This document shows, piece after piece, positions 1 through 8,440 of a stretch of DNA of 64,000 bases. The stretch comes from Longimicrobiales bacterium (GTDB taxonomy: Bacteria > Gemmatimonadota > Gemmatimonadetes > Longimicrobiales > Gaopeijiaceae). The position numbers were made by a program, and so were the translations under genes. The notes under the pieces were generated by a model. The model was given only the letters and a program-made list of their open reading frames with translations. It had not been told where the DNA came from and made no database searches. How positions within the stretch are numbered: the stretch's first letter is position 1; the number at the start of each line of letters is the position of its first letter. The stretch lies in contig CBDDCX010000008.1 of the NCBI GenBank assembly GCA_965226375.1, positions 224,001 to 288,000 of the forward strand, written 5' to 3'.

Positions 1-127
1 ACCTGACGCGTGACACATGAGCCAGTTCGGCGTGATGTCGACTGGCTGCCTCTTCCCTCTCTGCCAACGTACGTGAGACACGGAGCACGCAAAGAATTAG
101 AGTAGGGCGAAGGCAGAGAAAACGAAC

Positions 128-577
128 ATGTTGGGACTGCGAGAGAGAATGGCAGAGAATGGTAGTGCCCCTGGAACCGGGGAGGCCAAGCGAAGCGCGG
201 CAGCTCCTGCGGACCCGGAGGTAGTAGATAGGCCGCTACGGCGGCGGTTCAGTCCGTCGTACAAGCTGCGGATCGTCGAAGAAGCGGACCGGTGCACCGA
301 GCCCGGCGAGGTGGGTCAAGTCCTGCGGCGAGAGGGCCTGTACTCGTCGCACCTGACGACGTGGCGCAAGGCGGCGCATAGCGGGTCGCTGAAGGCCCTG
401 TCGAAGAAACGCGGCCGCAAGCCGGAGCGAAATCCGCTGGATGAGAAGGTACGCAAGCTGGAGCGGCGAAACGCACGGCTCGGGAATGAGCTCAGGAAGG
501 CACACCTGATCATCGACGTGCAGGGAAAAGTTGCGGGGCTGCTGGGGATAAGCCTCGACGACGGGACAAACTCTTGA
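128..577 (+). CDS. IS3-family transposase OrfA (HTH + coiled coil)
   Basis: RRRFSPSYKLRIVEEAD...LRREGLYSSHLTTWR HTH signature followed by a leucine-zipper-like segment. Confidence 0.9.
   Translation: MLGLRERMAENGSAPGTGEAKRSAAAPADPEVVDRPLRRRFSPSYKLRIVEEADRCTEPGEVGQVLRREGLYSSHLTTWRKAAHSGSLKALSKKRGRKPERNPLDEKVRKLERRNARLGNELRKAHLIIDVQGKVAGLLGISLDDGTNS
523..529 (+). other. Probable programmed -1 frameshift site (G GGA AAA) joining OrfA to OrfB
   Basis: X XXY YYZ heptamer in the orfA frame; the -1 frame is open from 523 into orfB at 574. Confidence 0.6.
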
Positions 578-1053
578 AGGCGGCCGATGAGCTGGCTAAG
601 CACGTCGGTGTAAAACCGGCGTGCGCGGCCCTCGAGGTCTCCCGATCGACGTTGTACCGTCGTCGAGGCCCATCAACCGGGCAACAGCAGCCCCGCCCGA
701 CGCCCGCCCGGGCATTGAGCGAGACGGAACGAGGCGAGGTCTTCGACACGCTGTGTTCGGAGCGGTTCGTGGACCGCTCACCCGCCGAGGTGGTGGCCAC
801 GCTGCTCGACGAAGAGGTCTACCTGTGCAGCGAACGCACGATGTATCGTGTTCTGGCCTCCGAGGTGCCGGTTCAGGAACGCCGGGCGCAGCGCACCCAT
901 CCCGAGTACAAGAAGCCCGAGTTGATGGCCACGGCGCCGAACCAGGTGTGGTCCTGGGATATCACGCGGCTGCTCGGGCCGAAGAAGTGGAGCTATTACT
1001 ACCTCTACGTCATCATGGACATCTACAGCCGCTACGTCGTGGGCTGGATGGTG
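574..1053 (+). pseudogene. IS3-family transposase OrfB, truncated after the first catalytic Asp region
   Basis: Transposase-like sequence ends at YVVGWMV; the ORF continues to 1176 with unrelated sequence; second D and E of DDE absent. Confidence 0.85.
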
Positions 1054-1176
1054 GAAGGGGGAACGGCCCGGCTGCTAGAGGGAGAAAACCACATCCTGTT
1101 GCGGGTGGTCGGGGGTACCTACGCAACGGGAGGGTTCTTCCTGAGCCTCGCTCCGGGAGGCGACGGATCGTACTGA
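1054..1176 (+). pseudogene. C-terminal remnant of an unrelated gene fused in frame to orfB
   Basis: LLEGENHILLRVVGG...GGFFLSL resembles the last strands of a beta-sandwich domain, not a transposase. Confidence 0.45.
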
Positions 1177-1370
1177 GCAACTCGATCGCCACGACCACGA
1201 TCCCGGAACATCCGTTTCCGGCTTGCGGAGGGCCTCCAGGGTGTCGGCTGCGAACTCGGCCGCGGAATCGTGCAGAGGGGCGACCCACCTGGCGTTTTCC
1301 CGATCACCCCTCGATCATCCTTTTAGTCTGAGCCGTTGCTGCGGCTGACCACGAGATCTCGGGGGATGTC

Positions 1371-2597
1371 ATGACCGATCGAAGAACCTTTCTCAAGGGG
1401 ATGACGGCGCTGCCGGCCACGACCATGCTGGTGTCTCAGACGGGGTGCGCCACCGTCGATGAGGCGCCTGCTGGCCGAGATTGGTTCGAGGAGTTGAATG
1501 TGAGGCCATTCGTCAACGCGGCGGCGGCGTACTCGGCTCTGGGTGGACGTAACATGTGGCCGGCTGTGGTCGAGGCCATGGAGTACGCCAGGAACCAGAA
1601 CGTCATTATGGAAGAGCTTCAGGAGGCGGTCGGCAGGCGCCTCGCGGAGTTGATCGGATGTGAGGCCGCCATGGTGACGGGAGGAGCGACGTCGTCCATG
1701 ACCCTGGGGACCGCGGCCTGCATCACCGGAACCGACACGGAGCTCATCCGGCGTGTGCCCGACCTTCGCGGGCTGAAGAACGAGGTCATCGTCAAGAGAT
1801 CACATCGCAACGGGTACGACCACGGTGTCCGGAACGCCGGTGTCCGGTTCGTCGAGGTGGACACCACGGACGAGCTCGAGCGGGCGATCAACGACGACAC
1901 AGTCATGATGTTTTTCGTGGCCATATTCGAGATGCGGAGCGACGATGCGGACGGAATCGGGGTCGAAGAGTTCGCGGCCCTGGGCCGCAAGCACGGTGTC
2001 CCCACGATGATCGACGGATCGAACACAGTACCCCCTATGGAAAGGCTCTCCGAGTATCTCGACGCCGGATTCGATCTCGCGTGCTTTTCGGGCGGCAAGG
2101 GGCTTCGCGGCCCGTACAGCGCGGGGATGCTCCTCGGGCGCGAAGATCTCATCGCCGCGGCTCGACTCAACGCCACCCCGAACGCCGACACGGTCGGCCG
2201 CGGCATGAAGGTCAGCAAAGAGGAGGTCCTCGGCATGCTGGCGGCCGTGGAGTTCAGCCAGCAGTACGACCACTCGGTGGAGAACGTCCGCGAGACGGGG
2301 CTGGTCGACCTCTTCGCCGACAAGCTCTCGGTGTTCCCGGGGCTCACCACGCAAGTGTCTTATCCGACCACGGAGGGGGGCCGGCCCCACCTCCAGATCT
2401 TCTGGGACGAGGCTCAGATTCCCGTCACTATCGAGGAGGCGCAGCACGCGCTGCAGGATGGAGAGCCTTCGATCAGAACGCCCTACTTGGTGCTATCGGA
2501 CGGCCAGTTGGAGATCGGTACCGCCATGCTGAAGGACCATGAGGTGGATATAGTGGTCCAGAGGATTGGAGAGGTACTGGCTCCACGCTCTGGCTAA
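1371..2597 (+). CDS. SelA-like/DgaE-like PLP-dependent enzyme with Tat (lipo)protein signal
   Basis: TDRRTFLK twin-arginine motif, TGC lipobox-like site, FSGGKGLRGP PLP-lysine motif, GRGMKVSKEE. Confidence 0.8.
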   Translation: MTDRRTFLKGMTALPATTMLVSQTGCATVDEAPAGRDWFEELNVRPFVNAAAAYSALGGRNMWPAVVEAMEYARNQNVIMEELQEAVGRRLAELIGCEAAMVTGGATSSMTLGTAACITGTDTELIRRVPDLRGLKNEVIVKRSHRNGYDHGVRNAGVRFVEVDTTDELERAINDDTVMMFFVAIFEMRSDDADGIGVEEFAALGRKHGVPTMIDGSNTVPPMERLSEYLDAGFDLACFSGGKGLRGPYSAGMLLGREDLIAAARLNATPNADTVGRGMKVSKEEVLGMLAAVEFSQQYDHSVENVRETGLVDLFADKLSVFPGLTTQVSYPTTEGGRPHLQIFWDEAQIPVTIEEAQHALQDGEPSIRTPYLVLSDGQLEIGTAMLKDHEVDIVVQRIGEVLAPRSG

Positions 2598-2617
2598 CGC
2601 CGGGATCCTAAAGGCTG

Positions 2618-2800
2618 TTAACGCTTCTTCCCCAGCTTCTCGAACACTTTCTTGAAGTCCGGCCCCGGCGTCTTGCCGACCGGCTCCGTGGGCCGTGGCG
2701 GCGGCGGAGTGCGCGGTGGCTTGGGTGTACAGGGCCACTCGGGGAGCTTGAGCGACGGCTTCTTGTCTCTGGGAGCACGTCCTCGGCTGCTCTTGGCCAT
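2618..2800 (-). CDS. Small basic Lys/Pro-rich hypothetical protein (60 aa)
   Basis: Strong RBS GAGGAGG ahead of ATG; fills the intergenic gap without overlap. Confidence 0.6.
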   Translation of the reverse strand: MAKSSRGRAPRDKKPSLKLPEWPCTPKPPRTPPPPRPTEPVGKTPGPDFKKVFEKLGKKR

Positions 2801-2888
2801 CAGAAACCTCCTCGATGGATGACCGGCCCATTCGAACCCGCGTTGTCGGACGGCCTGCCTATACTACGCACATGCGTGGCCCAGTGTG

Positions 2889-4046
2889 TCAAGGAGGCGA
2901 CTTCAGGCGCTGTGAATACACGGATCTGAAGGCGGTGGGCCAAAGGGTCAGGCAGTCGTGCTCCGGCGTCGCGTCTTCCGGGCAAGCCATGAAGCCTCGG
3001 GGTCCCGCGATCACGAAGAGGTCTACGCCGCCGTCCCGCCGGAAGACCAAGCGCATGTAGCCCGGTGCGGCCACACCGAAATCCATCCCGGGCACGTCCC
3101 TCAGACGCGTGGTCAGCTTGCTCGCCGACCCGCTCACCAGCGTATACGCAGGGTCGCCAGGTTCGGTGCCTGCGATTACCTGCAGGTTGTGATCGTGGCC
3201 GGATGCGTAGACCAGGGGCGCACCACCGCGGGCGAAGGCGTCCCGAAAACCGACGATCATCTCTTGGTACGTACGGGACGACAGGTCCTGACTGACCGCA
3301 CCGGTCCGGTTGAGGAGCCAACGGACACCGACGGTCGACCAGAGACTCAGGGTGCCTCCGTGCTCCCCGCCGGTCACCAGTGGGTGGTGCGCTGCGACGA
3401 TGACGTCACGATCGTCCGACGCCGCCAAGAGATCCGCGAGGCGCCCGTTCGCCTCGAGAAGCCGATCCTCTGCTTGGCCCTCGGTCAGCCACCACTGTGA
3501 ATCGATCATGACGATCCGGATGCGCTCGCCCAGGTCGAGGTACTCGGGCCCCGCCGACCCGGCTCCGGGCGCGAGCCGCACCAGCGCTCCGGCCGCCCGA
3601 TCTCGGTCGAGTCTCGCCTCAAGATTGCGGAGGCGGGACATAGCTACGGGCTCCGAGGTGTTGGCCCAGTCATGGTTGCCCGAGATGAAAATCGCCCAGG
3701 TTCGGTAGGCCTTCGCCTGCGGACCGGACACGGTGGCGATCTCGTTACCAAGGCGTACGGAGTCCCGGGGAGTATTCTCGTCCAAGGAATCGTGGTAGCC
3801 ACTCGGGTAGACATTGTCCCCCAGAAACAGGACGATCACAGCGGAGTCCCGCGCCAGCGATCCGGACCAACTCTCTACCTCGTTGGCGAGCTTCTGGAGG
3901 ACGGGGCTACCCCCGCCATCGGCTCCCCCGGCGTCGCCGACCAGAAAGACCACGGCCTCCACGTCGTCCGGTCGAGGATCGTCCGCTGCCGGGCCTTCCG
4001 GAAGTGGTGGCTGGGGGTACGCACAACCCACGGCCCCGAAGGCCAT
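2889..4046 (-). CDS. Calcineurin-like metallophosphoesterase (purple acid phosphatase-like), probable lipoprotein
   Basis: GDAG, LGDNVY, GNHDW, AHHP and SGHDH motifs; AVGC lipobox; true start may lie slightly upstream. Confidence 0.85.
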   Translation of the reverse strand: MAFGAVGCAYPQPPLPEGPAADDPRPDDVEAVVFLVGDAGGADGGGSPVLQKLANEVESWSGSLARDSAVIVLFLGDNVYPSGYHDSLDENTPRDSVRLGNEIATVSGPQAKAYRTWAIFISGNHDWANTSEPVAMSRLRNLEARLDRDRAAGALVRLAPGAGSAGPEYLDLGERIRIVMIDSQWWLTEGQAEDRLLEANGRLADLLAASDDRDVIVAAHHPLVTGGEHGGTLSLWSTVGVRWLLNRTGAVSQDLSSRTYQEMIVGFRDAFARGGAPLVYASGHDHNLQVIAGTEPGDPAYTLVSGSASKLTTRLRDVPGMDFGVAAPGYMRLVFRRDGGVDLFVIAGPRGFMACPEDATPEHDCLTLWPTAFRSVYSQRLKSPP

Positions 4047-4102
4047 CAGGAGCGTGCCGTTTCGGAGGACCGTCCGGACTACGCCGGATCCGAGCGGGAT
4101 GT

Positions 4103-4603
4103 TCAGAACGGGAGCCTGATCAACAGGGGAATACCATCGGAATCCCGAATGTCCTCGCCGTCACTGTGGGACGAGATGAGGCCCGCCACACCGCCCACCA
4201 CCAACCCGACGGCGCCTCCGATTACCCCTCCTGCCCATCGCCGCTGTGGATCGTCCCAAACCCAGTCGCCGACCAGGGCTCCGATACCGATGCCGGATGC
4301 CCAGCCTACCGTGCCCCAGGTCAAGGTCTCTCCCATGTGCTCGTCAGCGAAAACGCCCAGGGCGAGTCCGGCGGTGAGTCCAATGAAGAGAGGGATCGCC
4401 GCCATCTCGACGGCTTCCTCATCCGACTCGAGGTAGTCGCCGCGCCGAGCTTGAACTGTAATGTAGGCCACACTCAGCCAAGCGCCCGCGCCGGCAAGTG
4501 CTCCGCCAACGATGGCCAGGTCTTGCGACACGGCCGGTCGAGGTGATCCGAACGAAGTTACGGCCATGATTGCCAGGCCGGTCATGGTCAGACGGCCGGT
4601 CAT
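4103..4603 (-). CDS. Glycine-rich hypothetical membrane protein
   Basis: Signal-like N-terminus, glycine-zipper helices; ATG overlaps the alkA stop (ATGA). Confidence 0.7.
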   Translation of the reverse strand: MTGRLTMTGLAIMAVTSFGSPRPAVSQDLAIVGGALAGAGAWLSVAYITVQARRGDYLESDEEAVEMAAIPLFIGLTAGLALGVFADEHMGETLTWGTVGWASGIGIGALVGDWVWDDPQRRWAGGVIGGAVGLVVGGVAGLISSHSDGEDIRDSDGIPLLIRLPF

Positions 4604-5220
4604 CGATCGTCGGTGAGTCGCCAGAGAAACCACGCCGCGACGCTTCGTAGGGGCCGCCACACCTCCGCTCGTTCCAGCAACTCCTCCGGCTCCGGACGCC
4701 CTTCAAGCTCATCGAGCATTCGGAGACCCTCTTTCACGCCGAGGTCCCCGGCCGGCATCACGTCGAGACGCCCGAGCTTGAAGATGAGGAACATGTGTGC
4801 CGTCCACTCCCCGACTCCCCACACGGTTGTGAGTCTCCTGACGACCTCGTCGTCTCCATAGCGTCCGATGCTTCTCAGTCCAAGCTCTCCGTTCACGGTC
4901 TTTGTCGCCAAGTCCTTAATGGCTCGCGCCTTGTTCCTCGACAGACCCGCCCCCCGAAGCTCGTCATCCGACAAGCCTAACACCTGATGCGCGGTGGCGA
5001 AGCCCGTGCCCGGCGTAAGGTCTCGTACGCGACCGTAGATGGAGGTTGCCGCCCCGGTGGCGAGCTGCTGGTAGACGATGGACCGAGCTACCGCGTGAAA
5101 GTGTGGACCCCGAAGCACCCCCACCGGGAATCCCGGAAACGGAGGGAGGCCCCTCATGGCTCCTCCCAACGCGGGATCCCTACGCTTCAGTGCCCTCAAT
5201 TGCTCTGCGCTCGGCTTCAT
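4600..5220 (-). CDS. alkA: DNA-3-methyladenine glycosylase II (HhH-GPD)
   Basis: SIVYQQL, LTTVWGVGEWTAHM HhH, DVMPAGDLG, WRPLRSVAAWFLW. Confidence 0.9.
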   Translation of the reverse strand: MKPSAEQLRALKRRDPALGGAMRGLPPFPGFPVGVLRGPHFHAVARSIVYQQLATGAATSIYGRVRDLTPGTGFATAHQVLGLSDDELRGAGLSRNKARAIKDLATKTVNGELGLRSIGRYGDDEVVRRLTTVWGVGEWTAHMFLIFKLGRLDVMPAGDLGVKEGLRMLDELEGRPEPEELLERAEVWRPLRSVAAWFLWRLTDDR

Positions 5221-5261
5221 CGCGGCAAGATGACCCCTTTCGGCCTCGTGAGCCAGGCGGT

Positions 5262-5289
5262 TATATTACCGAATAAAACCCGAACAAAA
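5262..5289 (+). promoter_or_regulatory. -10-like TATATT followed by direct-repeat operator CCGAAYAAAA x2 (LexA-like GAAY-N7-GAAC)
   Basis: ccgaataaaa 5269-5278 and ccgaacaaaa 5280-5289, 11-bp period, AT-rich patch between divergent repair genes. Confidence 0.5.
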
Positions 5290-5295
5290 AGATCG

Positions 5296-6354
5296 ATGAA
5301 ACAACTGCCGACCCTTCGGGGCAGGGGCGCCACACCCAACCCGCCCAACCGATTCGAGCGCCTTTCGGTGGAGCGTGACGATTGGAGTCTGGCCGAAGAC
5401 CCTGCACCCAGCACCGAGTTTCTGGTGGATTCGTCCAGAAGCGTCATCGCGACCAACTCGAGCCCGGACGTCGGCTTCGACGTGAGCGTGAACCCTTACC
5501 GCGGGTGTGAGCACGGGTGTGTCTACTGCTACGCCCGCCCCACGCACGAGTACCTCGGCCTCTCGGCCGGTCTGGACTTCGAGTCCAAGATCTTCGTCAA
5601 GCGTGACGCTCCCAAGCTGCTGCGAAGGGAACTGGCCTCGCCCCGCTGGAAGCCTAAGCCCTTGGCTATGTCGGGCGTCACGGATCCGTATCAACCGATC
5701 GAGCGGCGCATGCGCATCACACGTGGATGCCTGGAGGTCATTGCCGAGTTCCGGAACCCGGTGGTGATCGTCACGAAGAGTTTTCTGGTGACGAGGGATA
5801 TAGACCTGCTGACCGAACTCGCGCGGCACGATGCGGTGGGGGTAGCCGTGTCGATCACAACCCTGGATGCGAGCCTGCATGGGACGATGGAGCCGCGGGC
5901 CGCGACCCCGGCACGCCGCCTGGAGACCATTCGGCGGTTGAGCGAGGCGGGCATTCCGGTTGCCGTCTTCGTGTCGCCCATCATTCCCGGGCTCAACGAT
6001 CATGAGATCCCCGCTATTCTGGGGGCGGCGGCGGACCACGGGGCCACATCCGCGAGCTGTGTACCGATTCGCCTTCCCTTCGCCGTGAAGGACCTCTTCG
6101 TGGACTGGCTGGGCCGGCACTATCCGGACCGGAAGGACAAGGTCGTGAATCGTATCAGGGCCATGCGGGGCGGTCGCCTGAACGATCCTCGTCTCGGTTC
6201 GCGGATGAAGGGAGAGGGGCCTATGGCGGAGCAGGTGATGGAGCTCTTCAGAGTCTCGCGTCAGCGTGTAGGCCTCGCCGGGGGCCTTCCGACTTTGTCC
6301 ACGAAGGCCTTCCGGTGTCCCGGAGCGGTCGAGCAGCTCGGGTTGGGCGTTTAG
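5296..6354 (+). CDS. PA0069-family radical SAM protein (spore photoproduct lyase-like)
   Basis: RGRGA..NP.NRFE N-terminus, NPYRGCEHGCVYCYARP CxxxCxxC, TDPYQPIER; start set at ATG 5296. Confidence 0.92.
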   Translation: MKQLPTLRGRGATPNPPNRFERLSVERDDWSLAEDPAPSTEFLVDSSRSVIATNSSPDVGFDVSVNPYRGCEHGCVYCYARPTHEYLGLSAGLDFESKIFVKRDAPKLLRRELASPRWKPKPLAMSGVTDPYQPIERRMRITRGCLEVIAEFRNPVVIVTKSFLVTRDIDLLTELARHDAVGVAVSITTLDASLHGTMEPRAATPARRLETIRRLSEAGIPVAVFVSPIIPGLNDHEIPAILGAAADHGATSASCVPIRLPFAVKDLFVDWLGRHYPDRKDKVVNRIRAMRGGRLNDPRLGSRMKGEGPMAEQVMELFRVSRQRVGLAGGLPTLSTKAFRCPGAVEQLGLGV

Positions 6355-6496
6355 GGCTAATCCTCTCCGGCGAGATGCCCGGCCAGTCGATGCGGGCGGC
6401 GGCGAAACGTAAGCGATATCATCGTTCGTAGTGTATGGGGAGGCGATGAATACGTTCGCGGAGCGGTATCGTCAGACGTTCGCAGGAGGTTCAACA

Positions 6497-6991
6497 GTGT
6501 CATTCGCACTAGCACTCCTCGTGGTGTTCCTCATGGCAGCGGCTCTACTGGTCGTTCCGTTGGGTTTGCCGGGCGTTTGGATCATGGTGCTGCTCCTGCT
6601 GGCCGGAACGTTCACCGGTGCGCTGTCCTGGCCCCTTTGGTCCTTCCTCGCAGGCCTCGTCTTCGTGGCGGAAGTCGGCGAGTTTTGGATACTCGAGAGC
6701 ATGGGTGATCGCTACGGGGCATCGAGGCGGGCCTTCTGGGGAGCGATCCTGGGTGGTTTCGTGGGCGTGATCGTAGGCACGCCGATCCCGGTGATCGGAT
6801 CCCTCGTGGCCGGCTTCCTTGGGACATTCGCCGGTGCGGGTCTGGTGACCCTCTGGGAGTCCCGTTCCATCGGTGAGGCTTCCAGGGTTGGGTCGGGCGT
6901 CCTTCTGGCGCGCACACTGGCGATCGGGTTGAAGATCAGTGTGGGTGTGGTGGTGCTGGTGGTGGGTGGCCTCGGCATGGTGTTCGGCTAG
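6497..6991 (+). CDS. DUF456-family membrane protein
   Basis: GLPGVW...RYGASRRAFWGAILGG...IGSLVAGFLG pattern; AGGAGG RBS before GTG 6497. Confidence 0.8.
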   Translation: MSFALALLVVFLMAAALLVVPLGLPGVWIMVLLLLAGTFTGALSWPLWSFLAGLVFVAEVGEFWILESMGDRYGASRRAFWGAILGGFVGVIVGTPIPVIGSLVAGFLGTFAGAGLVTLWESRSIGEASRVGSGVLLARTLAIGLKISVGVVVLVVGGLGMVFG

Positions 6992-7079
6992 GGACGGTAT
7001 GCCTGAGTTCCCCGAAATCGTCGCCTATCTTCGGGCTCTCGAAGGTCGACTCGTGGGTCAGGTGCTGGAGAGGGTCTGA

Positions 7080-8440
7080 ACAGCGCACCTGATGGTTAAC
7101 ACAAGTGTGCCAGCTGATGGTTAACAGATTGGGTTACGTCCTGTGTTACCGTGGGTGTCGAAAATGACGAAGAGTTCTTCGTCAAACCACCCGAGGGTAG
7201 TGGGACCGAAGTAGACCTGCCACAGAGCGGGGCCGATGGGTTCGAGCCCGATGAACTCGTTGCCCAGAGCCGAACTGATGTTGATCCAACGCGAGTGCCA
7301 GCGGATGGCTCCGTTTGTAGAGACCTTACGGACCTCGAAGTGCTCAGGGTACTCGATGGGCGGAAGGACGTCGGGGTAGGCTCTAAGAGCCGATCGGTAG
7401 ACGGAATGGGGAGTAGCGTCGTCGAGCGCCTCGTGGGGGCGGATGTGATTGAATGTGTGGCGGAAGTCGTTGAAGTGGCGCTGCTGGGCACTGAGGTTGG
7501 CCTTGGGCGGGCGAGTGGCTTCACGCTTGAGGGTCCTGTGCATGCGTTCGTGTCGGCCGTTCTGCTGCGGCTTACCCGGCTCGATGGTCTCAGGACGGAT
7601 ACCGAGGCGGATCCACCAGGCACTCAGGCGTGTGAGGCGAGCGAGGCCGATGGAAGCGAAGGGCGTACCATTGTCGGAGCGGATGACGGCGGGCAGACCG
7701 AACTCGCGGAAAGTCCTGATGAACACAGGCTTGGCGAGCTCGATCGACGTCGACAGGGCCTTCAGCGACCCGCTATGCGCCGCCTTGCGCCACGTCGTCA
7801 GGTGCGAATACAGCCCTGTGCACTCGAGCAGGAACCGGCTGAAGCCGTCCTGGATCGTGAGGGGGTAGCAGTAGCGACCGTTGCGCATCTTGAACTGCCC
7901 TTTGAAGTCGACGGTCCAGACCGCATTGGGCTCATCCATCGCAGTGAGCGGCTTGCCGGGGTGGCCCGGTTTGCCGGAGCGTCTGCGCTTCTTCGTGATC
8001 AGGTCGTGACGCTCGAAGATGCGATCGATCGTCCTGCGAACTGGGGCCGAGCCAAACTTCTCAGCTGTGAGTTTACGGATCTTGCGTGATCCCCATCCGT
8101 AGCGCTGACGCAGGTCGACGACGTGTTCGACGATCGGCTCCTCCACGGCGTGCGGGCAGTGATGGGGTCGGCGCGATCGCTCTTGAAGTCCCTCGAATCC
8201 CTCTGCGCGGAAGCGATTCCACCAGGTGTATCCCGCGGTCCTGCTAATACCGTAGCGCCTACAGGACTCGGCGAAACTGAACGTCCGTTGTTGCACTTCG
8301 AGGATGAAGCGTACTCTTTGCTCGTACATGGTCGACCGGTTCCAGTCCATCGGGCTCTCCTTGTTGCAGAACCCTGGTTGATAGGAACCTGTCAACCATC
8401 AGTGTAGGCCATTGTGTAAAGGATCAGGGTAGGCTGTACC
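7080..8440 (-). mobile_element. IS481-family insertion sequence
   Basis: Imperfect terminal IRs (acagcgcacctgatggttaacaca versus revcomp acagcctaccctgatcctttacaca); subterminal repeats ctgatggtt(a/g)aca at 7089-7101, 7114-7126 and inverted 8390-8402; GTCTGA(A) direct repeats at 7074 and 8441; exact end positions uncertain by a few bp. Confidence 0.9.
7121..8350 (-). CDS. IS481-family DDE transposase with an 18-aa foreign in-frame insertion
   Basis: CRRYGISRTAGYTW HTH, WTVDFKG, IRSDNGTPF, PQQNGRHERMHRTLK; AAGGAGA RBS before ATG 8350. Confidence 0.92.
   Translation of the reverse strand: MDWNRSTMYEQRVRFILEVQQRTFSFAESCRRYGISRTAGYTWWNRFRAEGFEGLQERSRRPHHCPHAVEEPIVEHVVDLRQRYGWGSRKIRKLTAEKFGSAPVRRTIDRIFERHDLITKKRRRSGKPGHPGKPLTAMDEPNAVWTVDFKGQFKMRNGRYCYPLTIQDGFSRFLLECTGLYSHLTTWRKAAHSGSLKALSTSIELAKPVFIRTFREFGLPAVIRSDNGTPFASIGLARLTRLSAWWIRLGIRPETIEPGKPQQNGRHERMHRTLKREATRPPKANLSAQQRHFNDFRHTFNHIRPHEALDDATPHSVYRSALRAYPDVLPPIEYPEHFEVRKVSTNGAIRWHSRWINISSALGNEFIGLEPIGPALWQVYFGPTTLGWFDEELFVIFDTHGNTGRNPIC

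Larger units (their letters stand above)
1..1053 (+). mobile_element. IS3-family insertion sequence, partial (left end at window edge, right part missing)
   Basis: orfA/orfB pair in -1 phase; orfB has the PNQVWSWDIT...DIYSRYVVGW start of the rve core, then breaks off; no right inverted repeat found. Confidence 0.85.

Noticed and set aside
1371..2597. Calling this gene selA because a selenoprotein is in the window
   Set aside because: Tat/lipoprotein signal and DgaE-like motifs; no selB or selC nearby.
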